Positions 1 through 14,220 of a DNA stretch of 64,000 nt are shown here, piece by piece. The notes beneath the pieces are model-generated. The model did no database searches. It was not told the origin of the DNA and was given only the letters and a program-made list of their open reading frames with translations. The translations under genes and the position numbers were made by a program. Every line of letters begins with the position of its first letter. The first letter of the stretch is position 1. The stretch spans positions 39,122,001 to 39,186,000 of the forward strand of contig OZ024750.1 in NCBI GenBank assembly GCA_964016885.1. The letters are read 5' to 3'. The DNA comes from Eledone cirrhosa. Lineage: Eukaryota.

Positions 1-3000
1 ACTATTACCTGGGTACCTCTACGATGACTGCTTCTTGTTAACTATTACCTGGGTACCTCTACGATGACTGCTTCTTGTTAACTATTACCTGGGTAGCTCT
101 ACAGTGACAGTGCTTCTTGTTAACTATTACCTGGGTACCTCTACGGTGACAGTGCTTCTTGTTAACTATTACCTGGGTACCTCTACGGTGACAGTGCTTC
201 TTGTTAACTATTACCTGGGTACCTCTACGGTGACAGTGCTTCTTGTTAACTATTACCTGGGTACCTCTACGGTGACAGTGGTTCTTGTTAACTATTACCT
301 GGGTACCTCTACGGTGACAGTGGTTCTTGTTAACTATTACCTGGGTACCTCTGCGGTGACAGTGCTTCTTGTTAACTATTACCTGGGTACCTCTACGGTG
401 ACAGTGGTTCTTGTTAACTATTACCTGGGTACCTCTACGGTGACAGTGGTTCTTGTTAACTATTACCTGGGTACCTCTACGATGACTGCTTCTTGTTAAC
501 TATTACCTGGGTACCTCTACGGTGACAGTGGTTCTTGTTAACTATTACCTGGGTACCTCTACGGTGACAGTGGTTCTTGTTAACTATTACCTGGGTACCT
601 CTACGGTGACAGTGCTTCTTGTTAACTATTACCTGGGTACCTCTACGATGACAGTGCTTCTTGTTAACTATTACCTGGGTACCTCTACGATGACAGTGCT
701 TCTTGTTAACTATTACCTGGGTACCTCTACGGTGACAGTGCTTCTTGTTAACTATTACCTGGGTACCTCTACGATGACTGTTTCTTGTTAACTATTACCT
801 GGGTACCTCTACGGTGACAGTGCTTCTTGTTAACTATTACCTGGGTACCTCTACGGTGACAGTGCTTCTTGTTAACTATTACCTGGGTACCTCTACGATG
901 ACTGCTTCTTGTTAACTATTACCTGGGTACCTCTACGGTGACAGTGCTTCTTGTTAACTATTACCTGGGTACCTCTACGGTGACAGTGCTTCTTGTTAAC
1001 TATTACCTGGGTACCTCTACGATGACTGCTTCTTGTTAACTATTACCTGGGTACCTGTACGATGACAGTGCTTCTTGTTAACTATTACCTGGGTACCTCT
1101 ACGGTGACAGTGGTTCTTGTTAACTATTACCTGGGTACCTCTACGGTGACAGTGGTTCTTGTTAACTATTACCTGGGTACCTCTACGATGACAGTGGTTC
1201 TTGTTAACTATTACCTGGGTACCTCTACGGTGACAGTGCTTCTTGTTAACTATTACCTGGGTACCTCTACGGTGACAGTGGTTCTTGTTAACTATTACCT
1301 GGGTACCTCTACGGTGACAGTGGTTCTTGTTAACTATTACCTGGGTACCTCTACGGTGACAGTGGTTCTTGTTAACTATTACCTGGGTACCTCTACGATG
1401 ACAGTGGTTCTTGTTAACTATTACCTGGGTACCTCTACGGTGACAGTGGTTCTTGTTAACTATGACCTGGGTACCTCTACAGTGACAGTGCTTCTTGTTA
1501 ACTATTACCTGGGTACCTCTACAGTGACAGTGCTTCTTGTTAACTATTACCTGGGTACCTCTACGGTGACAGTGCTTCTTGTTAACTATTACCTGGGTAC
1601 CTCTACGGTGACAGTGGTTCTTGTTAACTATTACCTGGGTACCTCTACAGTGACAGTGGTTCTTGTTAACTATTACCTGGGTACCTCTACGGTGACAGTG
1701 CTTCTTGTTAACTATTACCTGGGTATCTCTACGGTGACAGTGCTTCTTGTTAACTATTACCTGTGTACCTCTACAGTGAGAGTGGTTCTTGTTAACTATT
1801 ACCTGGGTACCTCTACGGTGACAGTGCTTCTTGTTAACTATTACCTGGGTATCTCTACGGTGACAGTGCTTCTTGTTAACTATTACCTGTGTACCTCTAC
1901 AGTGAGAGTGGTTCTTGTTAACTATTACCTGGGTACCTCTACGGTGACAGTGGTTCTTGTTAACTATTACCTGGGTACCTCTACGGTGACAGTGGTTCTT
2001 GTTAACTATTACCTGGGTACCTCTACGGTGACAGTGGTTCTTGTTAACTATTACCTGGGTACCTCTACGGTGACAGTGGTTCTTGTTAACTATTACCTGG
2101 GTACCTCTACGGTGACAGTGGTTCTTGTTAACTATTACCTGGGTACCTCTACGGTGACAGTGGTTCTTGTTAACTATTACCTGGGTACCTCTACGGTGAC
2201 AGTGGTTCTTGTTAACTATTACCTGGGTACCTCTACGATGACAGTGCTTCTTGTTAACTATTACCTGGGTACCTCTACGATGACAGTGCTTCTTGTTAAC
2301 TATTACCTGGGTACCTCTACAGTGAGAGTGGTTCTTGTTAACTATTACCTGGTACCTTTACGGTGACAGTGCTTCTTGTTAACTATTACCTGGGTACCTC
2401 TACGGTGACAGTGGTTCTTGTTAACTATTAACTGTGTACCTCTATGGTGACAGTGCTTCTTGTTAACTATTACCTGGGTACCTCTACGGTGACAGTGGTT
2501 CTTGTTAACTATTAACTGGGTACCTCTACGATGACTGCTTCTTGTTAACTATTACCTGGGTACCTCTACGATGACTGCTCCTTGTTAACTATTACCTGGG
2601 TACCTCTACGGTGACAGTGCTTCTTGTTAACTATTACCTGGGTACCTCTACGGTGACAGTGGTTCTTTTTAACTATTACCTGGGTACCTCTACGGTGACA
2701 GTGGTTCTTGTTAACTATTACCTGGGTACCTCTACGGTGACAGTGGTTCTTGTTAACTATTGCCTGGGTACCTCTACGGTGACAGTGCTTCTTGTTAACT
2801 ATTACCTGGGTACCTCTACGGTGACAGTGCTTCTTGTTAACTATTACCTGGGTACCTCTACGGTGACAGTGGTTCTTGTTAACTATTACCTGGGTACCTC
2901 TACGGTGACAGTGCTTCTTGTTAACTATTACCTGGGTACCTCTACGGTGACAGTGCTTCTTGTTAACTATTACCTGGGTACCTCTACGGTGACAGTGGTT

Positions 3001-6000
3001 CTTGTTAACTATTACCTGGGTACCTCTACGGTGACAGTGGTTCTTGTTAACTATTACCTGGGTACCTCTGCGGTGACAGTGCTTCTTGTTAACTATTACC
3101 TGGGTACCTCTACGGTGACAGTGGTTCTTGTTAACTATTACCTGGGTACCTCTACGGTGACAGTGGTTCTTGTTAACTATTACCTGGGTACCTCTACGAT
3201 GACTGCTTCTTGTTAACTATTACCTGGGTACCTCTACGGTGACAGTGGTTCTTGTTAACTATTACCTGGGTACCTCTACGGTGACAGTGCTTCTTGTTAA
3301 CTATTACCTGGGTACCTCTACGATGACAGTGCTTCTTGTTAACTATTACCTGGGTACCTCTACGATGACAGTGCTTCTTGTTAACTATTACCTGGGTACC
3401 TCTACGGTGACAGTGCTTCTTGTTAACTATTACCTGGGTACCTCTACGATGACTGCTTCTTGTTAACTATTACCTGGGTACCTCTACGGTGACAGTGCTT
3501 CTTGTTAACTATTACCTGGGTACCTCTACGGTGACAGTGCTTCTTGTTAACTATTACCTGGGTACCTCTACGATGACTGCTTCTTGTTAACTATTACCTG
3601 GGTACCTCTACGGTGACAGTGCTTCTTGTTAACTATTACCTGGGTACCTCTACGGTGACAGTGCTTCTTGTTAACTATTACCTGGGTACCTCTACGATGA
3701 CTGCTTCTTGTTAACTATTACCTGGGTACCTGTACGATGACAGTGCTTCTTGTTAACTATTACCTGGGTACCTCTACGGTGACAGTGGTTCTTGTTAACT
3801 ATTACCTGGGTACCTCTACGGTGACAGTGGTTCTTGTTAACTATTACCTGGGTACCTCTACGATGACAGTGGTTCTTGTTAACTATTACCTGGGTACCTC
3901 TACGGTGACAGTGCTTCTTGTTAACTATTACCTGTCTACCTCTACGGTGACAGTGGTTCTTGTTAACTATTACCTGGGTACCTCTACGGTGACAGTGGTT
4001 CTTGTTAACTATTACCTGGGTACCTCTACGGTGACAGTGGTTCTTGTTAACTATTACCTGGGTACCTCTACGATGACAGTGGTTCTTGTTAACTATTACC
4101 TGGGTACCTCTACGGTGACAGTGGTTCTTGTTAACTATGACCTGGGTACCTCTACGGTGACAGTGGTTCTTGTGAACTATTACCTGGGTACCTCTACGGT
4201 GACAGTGGTTCTTGTTAACTATGACCTGGGTACCTCTACACTGACAGTGGTTCTTGTGAACTATTACCTGGGTACCTCTACGGTGACAGTGGTTCTTGTT
4301 AACTATGACCTGGGTACCTCTACAGTGACAGTGCTTCTTGTTAACTATTACCTGGGTACCTCTACAGTGACAGTGCTTCTTGTTCACTATTACCTGGGTA
4401 CCTCTACGGTGACAGTGCTTCTTGTTAACTATTACCTGGGTACCTCTATGGTGACAGTGGTTCTTGTTAACTATTACCTGGGTACCTCTACAGTGACAGT
4501 GGTTCTTGTTAACTATTACCTGGGTACCTCTACGGTGACAGTGCTTCTTGTTAACTATTACCTGGGTATCTCTACGGTGACAGTGCTTCTTGTTAACTAT
4601 TACCTGTGTACCTCTACAGTGAGAGTGGTTCTTGTTAACTATTACCTGGGTACCTCTACGGTGACAGTGCTTCTTGTTAACTATTACCTGGGTACCTCTA
4701 TGGTGACAGTGGTTCTTGTTAACTATTACCTGGGTACCTCTACGGTGACAGTGGTTCTTGTTAACTATTACCTGGGTACCTCTACGGTGACCGTGGTTCT
4801 TGTTAACTATTACCTGGGTACCTCTACGGTGACAGTGGTTCTTGTTAACTATTACCTGGGTACCTCTACGGTGACAGTGGTTCTTGTTAACTATTACCTG
4901 GGTACCTCTACGGTGACAGTGGTTCTTGTTAACTATTACCTGGGTACCTCTACGGTGACAGTGGTTCTTGTTAACTATTACCTGGGTACCTCTACGGTGA
5001 CAGTGGTTCTTGTTAACTATTACCTGGGTACCTCTACGATGACAGTGCTTCTTGTTAACTATTACCTGGGTACCTCTACGATGACAGTGCTTCTTGTTAA
5101 CTATTACCTGGGTACCTCTACAGTGAGAGTGGTTCTTGTTAACTATTACCTGGTACCTTTACGGTGACAGTGCTTCTTGTTAACTATTACCTGGGTACCT
5201 CTACGGTGACAGTGGTTCTTGTTAACTATTAACTGTGTACCTCTATGGTGACAGTGCTTCTTGTTAACTATTACCTGGGTACCTCTACGGTGACAGTGGT
5301 TCTTGTTAACTATTAACTGGGTACCTCTACGATGACTGCTTCTTGTTAACTATTACCTGGGTACCTCTACGATGACTGCTCCTTGTTAACTATTACCTGG
5401 GTACCTCTACGGTGACAGTGCTTCTTGTTAACTATTACCTGGGTACCTCTACGGTGACAGTGGTTCTTGTTAACTATTACCTGGGTACCTCTACGGTGAC
5501 AGTGGTTCTTGTTAACTATTACCTGGGTACCTCTACGGTGACAGTGGTTCTTGTTAACTATTGCCTGGGTACCTCTACGGTGACAGTGCTTCTTGTTAAC
5601 TATTACCTGGGTACCTCTACGGTGACAGTGCTTCTTGTTAACTATTACCTGGGTACCTCTACGGTGACAGTGCTTCTTGTTAACTATTACCTGGATACCT
5701 CTACGGTGACAGTGCTTCTTGTTAACTATTACCTGGATACCTCTACGGTGACAGTGCTTCTTGTTAACTATTACCTGGTTACCTCTACGGTGACAGTGGT
5801 TCTTGTTAACTATTACCTGGGTACCTCTACGGTGACAGTGCTTCTTGTTAACAATTACCTGGGTACCTCTACGGTGACAGTGGTTCTTGTTAACTATTAC
5901 CTGGGTACCTCTACGGTGACAGTGCTTCTTGTTAACTATTACCTGGATACCTCTACGGTGACAGTGCTTCTTGTTAACTATTACCTGGGTACCTCTATGG

Positions 6001-8600
6001 TGACAGTGGTTCTTGTTAACTATTACCTGGGTACCTCTACGGTGACAGTGCTTCTTGTTAACTATTACCTGGGTACCTCTACGGTGACAGTGCTTCTTGT
6101 TAACTATTACCTGTGTACCTCTACAGTGAGAGTGGTTCTTGTTAACTATTACCTGGGTACCTCTACGGTGACAGTGCTTCTTGTTAACTATTACCTGGGT
6201 ACCTCTATGGTGACAGTGGTTCTTGTTAACTATTACCTGGGTACCTCTACGGTGACAGTGGTTCTTGTTAACTATTACCTGGGTACCTCTACGGTGACAG
6301 TGCTTCTTGTTAACTATTACCTGGGTACCTCTACGGTGACAGTGGTTCTTGTTAACTATTACCTGGGTACCTCTACGGTGACAGTGGTTCTTGTTAACTA
6401 TTACCTGGGTACCTCTACGGTGACAGTGGTTCTTGTTAACTATTACCTGGGTACCTCTACGGTGACAGTGGTTCTTGTTAACTATTACCTGGGTACCTCT
6501 ACGGTGACAGTGGTTCTTGTTAACTATTACCTGGGTACCTCTACGATGACAGTGCTTCTTGTTAACTATTACCTGGGTACCTCTACGATGACAGTGCTTC
6601 TTGTTAACTATTACCTGGGTACCTCTACAGTGAGAGTGGTTCTTGTTAACTATTACCTGGTACCTTTACGGTGACAGTGCTTCTTGTTAACTATTACCTG
6701 GGTACCTCTACGGTGACAGTGGTTCTTGTTAACTATTAACTGTGTACCTCTATGGTGACAGTGCTTCTTGTTAACTATTACCTGGGTACCTCTACGGTGA
6801 CAGTGGTTCTTGTTAACTATTAACTGGGTACCTCTACGATGACTGCTTGTTAACTATTACCTGGGTACCTCTACGATGACTGCTTCTTGTTAACTATTAC
6901 CTGGGTACCTCTACGGTGACAGTGCTTCTTGTTAACTATTACCTGGGTACCTCTACGGTGACAGTGGTTCTTGTTAACTATTACCTGGGTACCTCTACGG
7001 TGACAGTGGTTCTTGTTAACTATTACCTGGGTACCTCTACGGTGACAGTGGTTCTTGTTAACTATTACCTGGGTACCTCTACGGTGACAGTGCTTCTTGT
7101 TAACTATTACCTGGGTACCTCTACGGTGACAGTGCTTCTTGTTAACTATTACCTGGGTACCTCTACGGTGACAGTGGTTCTTGTTAACTATTACCTGGGT
7201 ACCTCTACGGTGACAGTGCTTCTTGTTAACTATTACCTGGATACCTCTACGGTGACAGTGCTTCTTGTTAACTATTACCTGGATACCTCTACGGTGACAG
7301 TGCTTCTTGTTAACTATTACCTGGGTACCTCTACGGTGACAGTGCTTCTTGTTAACTATTACCTGGGTACCTCTACGGTGACAGTGCTTCTTGTTAACTA
7401 TTACCTGGGTACCTCTACGGTGACAGTGGTTCTTGTTAACTATTACCTGGGTACCTCTACGGTGACAGTGCTTCTTGTTAACTATTACCTGGGCACCTCT
7501 ACGGTGACAGTGCTTCTTGTTAACTATTACCTGGGCACCTCTACGGTGACAGTGCTTCTTGTTAACTATTACCTGGGTACCTCTACGGTGACAGTGCTTC
7601 TTGTTAACTATTACCTGGATACCTCTACGGTGACAGTGCTTCTTGTTAACTATTACCTGGATACCTCTACGGTGACAGTGCTTCTTGTTAACTATTACCT
7701 GGATACCTCTACGGTGACAGTGCTTCTTGTTAACTATTACCTGGGTACCTCTACGGTGACAGTGGTTCTTGTTAACTATTACCTGGGTACCTCTACGGTG
7801 ACAGTGCTTCTTGTTAACTATTACCTGGGTACCTCTACGGTGACAGTGCTTCTTGTTAACTATTACCTGGGTACCTCTACGGTGACAGTGCTTCTTGTTA
7901 ACTATTACATGGGCACCTCTACGGTGACAGTGCTTCTTATTAACTATTACCTGGATACCTCTACGGTGACAGTGCTGCTTGTTAACTATTACCTGGATAC
8001 CTCTACGGTGACAGTGCTTCTTGTTAACTATTACCTGGATACCTCTACGGTGACAGTGCTTCTTGTTAACTATTACCTGGGCACCTCTACAGTGACAGTG
8101 GTTCTTGTTAACTATTACCTGGGTACCTCTACGGTGACAGTGGTTCTTGTTAACTATTACCTGGGTACCTCTACGGTGACAGTGCTTCTTGTTAACTATT
8201 ACCTGGGCACCTCTACGGTGACAGTGCTTCTTGTTAACTATTACCTGGATACCTCTACGGTGACAGTGCTTCTTGTTAACTATTACCTGGATACCTCTAC
8301 GGTGACAGTGCTTCTTGTTAACTATTACCTGGATACCTCTACGGTGACAGTGCTTCTTGTTAACTATTACCTGGGCACCTCTACAGTGACAGTGGTTCTT
8401 GTTAACTATTACCTGGATACCTCTACGGTGACAGTGCTTCTTGTTAACTATTACCTGGATACCTCTACGGTGACAGTGCTTCTTGTTAACTATTACCTGG
8501 GCACCTCTACAGTGACAGTGGTTCTTGTTAACTATTACCTGGGTACCTCTACGGTGACAGTGCTTCTTGCTACCTTTAACTCTTGTTAACTATTACCTAG
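1..8600. repeat. 42-bp minisatellite array (about 200 units, open at the left window edge)
   Basis: Unit GTGACAGTG(C/G)TTCTTGTTAACTATTACCTGGGTACCTCTACG with 40-bp (ATGACTGC...) and 41-bp variants. Explains the TVLLVNYYLGTSTV pseudo-ORFs. Confidence 0.98.
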
Positions 8601-8971
8601 CTGTTTTTACCTTCTAGTTTGGTGGCTTTCTTCATGTTTGCCATTAATGCAGAAGCGAACCGGTGCTACCATTAAAGCAAACTAGGGAGTCACTTAGGGC
8701 GCATTATTGAACCTTAAAGGGTTACACTTTTATACAATTTATATGATTAAATTAAATATATATATATATAATATTTCCTGCGATCAATAAATCACTGAAC
8801 ATCTTTGTCGCGTAACAGCCTTGTGGAAATAGACAAACTCGGGGTGAAGGTTGTATAGTGTTAAACCTTTCAGGTGATTTGACGTGGGTGAGAGTAGACT
8901 GCGTAGCTGAGAATGCAGGCTTAGTAATTTTGTTAATGTTGTCAAAACAAAAAATATCAAAAACTAGCGCT

Positions 8972-10258
8972 ATTAAACTGCAAATAAATATAATTTATTA
9001 AGACATAACCATGAACATAATATTACAAATAAAAAGAGAAAAAAAAGGAAAGGGAAAACGCAAAAAAACACAAGCATGTAATACACACATCTAGGACCAC
9101 ATACAACACACAAGCAAGTAATACACACATCTAGGACCACATACAAGACACAACCAGGTAATACACACATCTAGGACCACATACAAAACACAAGCAGGTA
9201 ATACACACATCTAGGACCATATACAACACACCAGCAGGTAATACACACATCTAGGACCACATACAAAACACAAGCAGGTAATACACACATCTAGGACCAT
9301 ATACAACACACAAGCAGGTAATACACACATCTAGGACCACATACAACACACAACCAGGTAATACACACATCTAGGACCACATACAAAACACAAGCAGGTA
9401 ATACACACATCTAGGACCATATACAACACACCAGCAGGTAATACACACATCTAGGACCACATACAAAACACAAGCAGGTAATACACACATCTAGGACCAC
9501 ATACAACACACAAGCAGGTAATACACACATCTAGGACCACATACAAAACACAAGCAGGTAATACACACATCTAGGACCACATACAAAACACAAGCAGGTA
9601 ATACACACATCTTGGACCACATACAACACACAAGCAAGTAATACACACATCTGGGACCACATACAACACACAACCAGGTAATACACACATCTAGGACCAT
9701 ATACAAAACACAAGCAGGTAATACACACATATAAAATACAAGCAGGTAATACACACATCTAGGACCACATACAACACACAAGCAGGTAATACACACATCT
9801 TGGACCACATACAACACACAAGCAAGTAATACACACATCTAGGACCACATACAAAACACAAGCAGGTAATACACACATTTAGAACCACATACAACACACA
9901 AGCAGGTAATACACACATCTAGGACCATATACAAAACACAAGCAGGTAATACACACATCTAGGACCACATACAACACACAAGCAGGTAATACACACATCT
10001 AGGACCACATACAACACATAAGCAGGTAATACACACATCTAGGACCATATACAACAAACAAGCAAGTAATTCATATATCTACGACCACATACAACAAAAG
10101 GCGGGCGAAAGGGGTGGACAAACGAACCACTACTAGAGTAAAAGATAATATCACGAGTAGTACTGGGAAACCTCACTAATAATTTTTGAGGCAGGCCAGT
10201 ACGCTCGGGTGATGATGAGGCTGATGCACTGAAATATGCAAGCGCGCTCATGAGCATC
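8972..10258 (-). mobile_element. CRE-like non-LTR retrotransposon 3' end, copy A (strongly 5'-truncated)
   Basis: Reverse complement of 10097-10258 (gagcgcgcttgcatatttcagtgcatcagcctc...gagcgtactggcctgcctcaaaaattattag...ttgtccacccctttcgcccgccttttgttgtatgtgg) aligns with 15486-15670 of copy B. T-rich 3' UTR and AATAAA (TTTATT at 8994-8999). Confidence 0.8.
9068..10097 (-). repeat. 40-bp minisatellite in the 3' UTR of CRE copy A (about 26 units)
   Basis: Unit ACACAAGCAGGTAATACACACATCTAGGACCACATACAAC, the reverse complement of the 15656-17830 unit. Confidence 0.97.
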
Positions 10259-10451
10259 AAGCAAATTGAAATTGAAATCAAGCAAATTGAAATTGTTTCA
10301 TTTCGGAGAAGTGACTGTACACTGTATAGCTAGCATAGTGTGCTAAATACTTAGGCACGGGCTTTGATTGGATGCCTTTACCACCTAGTTTATTGAGTTT
10401 CTGTCAACAGGTGCTGTTTAGCATAGTAGCTTTCTTCTTGCAATCCCGATT

Positions 10452-11000
10452 TCTACACTTTCCTGAGTGTACTGGGTGTATTTTATTATGACACCAGCAC
10501 TACCATTTTACAGAGTGTACTGGGTGTATTTTATTGAAGCACCAGCTCTACCACTTTACAGAGTGTACTGGGTGTACTTTATTATCACACCAACACTACT
10601 ACTTTACAGAGTGTACTGGGTGTATTATGACACCAGCACTACCACTTTACAGAGTGTACTGGGTGTATTTTATTGAAGCACCAGCTCTACCACTATACAG
10701 AGTGTACTGGCTGTACTTTATTAGCACACCAGCACTACTACTTTACAGAGTGTACTGGGTGTATTATGGCACCAGCACTACCACTTTAAAGAGTGTACTG
10801 GGTGCATTATGGCACCAGCACTACCACTCTACAGAGTGAGCTGGGTGTATTTTATTATCAAACCAACACTACAATTTTACAGAGTGTACTCGGTGTATTT
10901 TATTGTGGCATCAGCATTACTACTTTACAGAGTGTACTGGGTGTATCATAGTACCAATACTACCACTTTACAGAGTGAGCTTGGTGTATTTTATTGTGCC
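10452..11000. repeat. Diverged ~44-48-bp minisatellite derived from a SINE body
   Basis: Unit ~CTTTACAGAGTGTACTGGGTGTATTTTATTATGACACCAGCACTACCA; same motif occurs singly in the SINE at 19562-19610 (opposite strand) and at 58697-58740. Confidence 0.85.
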
Positions 11001-11465
11001 ACTGGGACTCAATATGTTCTTTTTCTTTTTAAGATGAGAGGTGATGGTGATAGAGATTAGCTGTTATTTCTAGCAGGTCAAACAATGCAACAGAGGCTGA
11101 ACATGGCAGGGTTTCTTCTCGTTAATCATAAATTCAACACCATTTAGTTTAGTTGAAGTGTTATTTAACCACGGGACTGTCTTACCTGAACCAACACATT
11201 AATCAAAGACATTCTAGTAATGACCACTGAATCGCATTAATTCATGGCCTCACACCTAGGCTTTCAGGTATTTTTAACCCCCTCTGGGACTTTCACCACC
11301 ACCCACATACAGCCCTTCTATGGCTGACACCCTGATACCATATAATTAATTAATGCAACAAATAATTAAATAGAAAATTTAACAATATACAGTGAATGGA
11401 GGTTTATTGATTATATATAGTGCAATATATCTTTAACTATTGAAGCTGTGGGGCAGAGCTAACAA

Positions 11466-12238
11466 TATATAGCAGAGGGTCATAACTCCTGAGGGAGTCA
11501 TAATATATAGTAGGGAGTCATAATATATAGTAGGGAGTCATAATATATAGCAGGGGGTCATAACTCCTGAGGGAGTCATGATAGTAGGGAGCCATAACTC
11601 CTGAGGGAGTCATAATATATAGTAGGGAGTCATAACTCCTGAGGGAGTCATAATATATAGTAGGGAGTCATAACTCCTGAGGGAGTCATGATATATTGTA
11701 GGGAGTCATGATATATAGTAGGGAGTCATAACTCCTGAGGGAGTCATGATATATAGTAGGGAGTCATAACTCCTGAGGGAGTCATAATATATAGTAGGGA
11801 GTTGTAACTCCTGAGGGAGTCATAATATATAGTAGGGAGTCATAACTCCTGAGGGAGTCATGATATATTGTAGGGAGTCATGATATATAGTAGGGAGTCA
11901 TAACTCCTGAGGGAGTCATAATATATAGTAGGGAGTTGTAACTCCTGAGGGAGTCATAATATATAGCAGGGGGTCATAACTCCTGAGGGAGTCATGATAT
12001 ATAGTAGAGAGTCATAACTCCTGAGGGAGTCATGATATATAGTAGGGGTCATAACTCCTGAGGGAATCATAATATATAGTAGGGAGTCGTAACTCCTGAG
12101 GGAGTAATGACATATAGTAGGGAGTCATAATATATAGCAGGGGGTCATAACTCCTGAGGGAGTCATGATATATAGTAGGGAGTTATAACTCCTGAGGGAG
12201 TCATAATATATAGTAGGGAGTCATAACTCCTGAGGGTG
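11466..12238. repeat. Compound minisatellite of 18-bp and 20-bp sub-units
   Basis: GGGAGTCATAACTCCTGA and GGGAGTCATAATATATAGTA alternate irregularly; the 18-mer contains the hairpin GGAGT-cata-ACTCC. Confidence 0.92.
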
Positions 12239-12384
12239 TCACTGGGTTGTCATATTGACATACAGTGTTTCTTAGGATATTTTTTAGACCTGGCAGAAAC
12301 CCATCTCTTCTCCTGGCTTGAGTACAGAAGATTTCTGTCTGAGAAGGATAGAGAGTGAGCGAAAGGAAGAGAGAAAGAGATATA

Positions 12385-13100
12385 GAGGAAGAAACAACCC
12401 CAGTACTTAACAGGTATTTTTTTTATTGGCCTCAAATGGATGAAAGGTAAAATTAACCTTGGCGGGATTTGAACTTACAGAGCAGAGAGCCGGAAAAAAT
12501 ACTGCATTTTATCCAACATTCTAACGACTCTGCCAATTCAGTACCTTCACAGCTAAAAATACTTCAGCAGAAAATAAATCAAGGGGTCCATAGTTCTTGC
12601 AGAGGCCTTAGGTTTCATCTAGTCAGTCCTGTGAATAATATGACTTGTGAATTTCCATCTCAATTATTTTGTATAAATCTAGAACTAAATCGTCTGTGTT
12701 ATTTCTTTTGTTTATGTTTTAAAGACAGTAAGATGTGATTTGAAGATGGTTTATTTGCTGTTAATTATGATAAAAGCTAAAAATAGTGAAATGAGGGCAG
12801 ATCAGACTTAGTCAATACTGAATTCTAAATTCTAGGATTGTCTCCCTTGCCTTTCTTTACAAAAAAAAAAAAATAATCATTTTGAAATAATTCTTTCTAA
12901 TATTGGCTCGAGGCCAGCAATTTTTTTTTTTGGGGGGGGGAGTTAATTATAAAGCCCCCATTACTTAATTGGTATTTTATTTTATTGATCCCAGAAAGTT
13001 GAAAGGCAAAATTGACCTCAGCAGGATTTTTAACTCAGACCATAAAAAGTTGTAACTGCTGCAAAGTATTTTGTCCAAAGTTTTACTGATACTCCCAATT
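12385..13100 (-). mobile_element. Two decayed tRNA-derived SINE copies (about 12385-12542 and 12895-13100)
   Basis: ggatgaaaggtaaaattaaccttggcgggatttgaactt and gaaaggcaaaattgacctcagcaggatttttaactcag are reverse complements of the B-box/body of the family at 28390-29372. Confidence 0.75.
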
Positions 13101-13311
13101 AACTGGTCTGATAATTATTCAGATAATCAATGTTAATTCTCACTATGGTGTTATTTTAATTAATTCAAACTTCTTGGCTCACTACTTTAAGTATGATAGT
13201 GTCCTCTTTGCTATTTGTTTTTCATGCAGTGGGGGACCCTTGGTACCTTACCTCCAGTCATACTTTTGAGGCAGCGGAATATCCCCCACCCCACCCCCAC
13301 CACCACCAATG

Positions 13312-13760
13312 ACGTTATGTCTATGTGGTTGATGGTCGCCATTTCTTTGTGGAGTGTTGCGGCATCAAAGAAATCCTCTGGCTTTGTTATTTGCATATGC
13401 CTCAGTGGAGGTGTGAACACACTTTTGTACTGTTCATTCAGTATTACACTTATCCCTTGGGGATCCTCGGTTAATGAACCATTTTTATGGAAGAGGGCAT
13501 AATCTTGCAGTGTACCGAGGCAGTTTCTTTTGCAAATTTAAAGAAAGCCTTAGGCTTTGTTTTAATATTTTCTATGGCCCTGGCTTCTCTCTCTCTGCTC
13601 TCTTCTTTTCATGGGAAAGTTTGAGTGCTGTTTCAATGTCAAATAGTGCCTGTTTCAGATAGGGTTCCTTTTTTGTTCTTCTATTATGCATTTAACTGGT
13701 TTGAGAGCTTAGTTCTTTGTCTCATAAGGATTTTCCTGCCCCTGGGAATAAAAAGTTTGT
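13312..13760 (-). mobile_element. CR1/L2-group LINE ORF2 fragment (endonuclease-to-RT linker), frameshifted
   Basis: Minus-strand translation ...LKLSHEKKRAEREARAIENIKTKPKAFFKFAKE...NGSLTEDPQGISVILNEQYKSVFTPP matches the IKxNPKxFFxY...LNxQFxSVFT motif of CR1-group ORF2. Confidence 0.8.
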
Positions 13761-14220
13761 GTCCGTATTAGTTTTTTTAACAATGATAATAAAGGCAAGT
13801 TATTTTACATATCTCATTCATTGTTTACGAAGAAGACAGTATGATCGAACCCATATATTATGTATGATAGTATACAGTTCTACCACTGCTATAGATCAGT
13901 CAATATATTGATATGGTCAACCCTCTGAAACGATTGTAAAACAATGAATGAGATATGTAAAATAACTTGACTTCGTTATCGTTGTTAAACTAATATGTAA
14001 TATTTCAGACTCTGTATCTAAAAGATTTACTCAGTGAAATACAAACCTATGATTTTTGTATCTAGTATCCAATGGAGCCCATCACAGGACCTCACTGAAC
14101 TACATTCTAACAGATTATATTGAGTTCTAACAACGGTATAGACCCTACCATGTGTGTGTGTGTGTGTATATATATATATGTGTGAGTATGTGAGTATATA
14201 TATGTGTGTGTGTGTGTGAG

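Noticed and set aside
104-8589. Long ORFs of repeated TVLLVNYYLGTSTV (amyloid/structural protein-like)
   Set aside because: 42 = 14 codons gives open frames by chance; 40/41-bp units break the frame freely; no synonymous bias or non-repeat termini.
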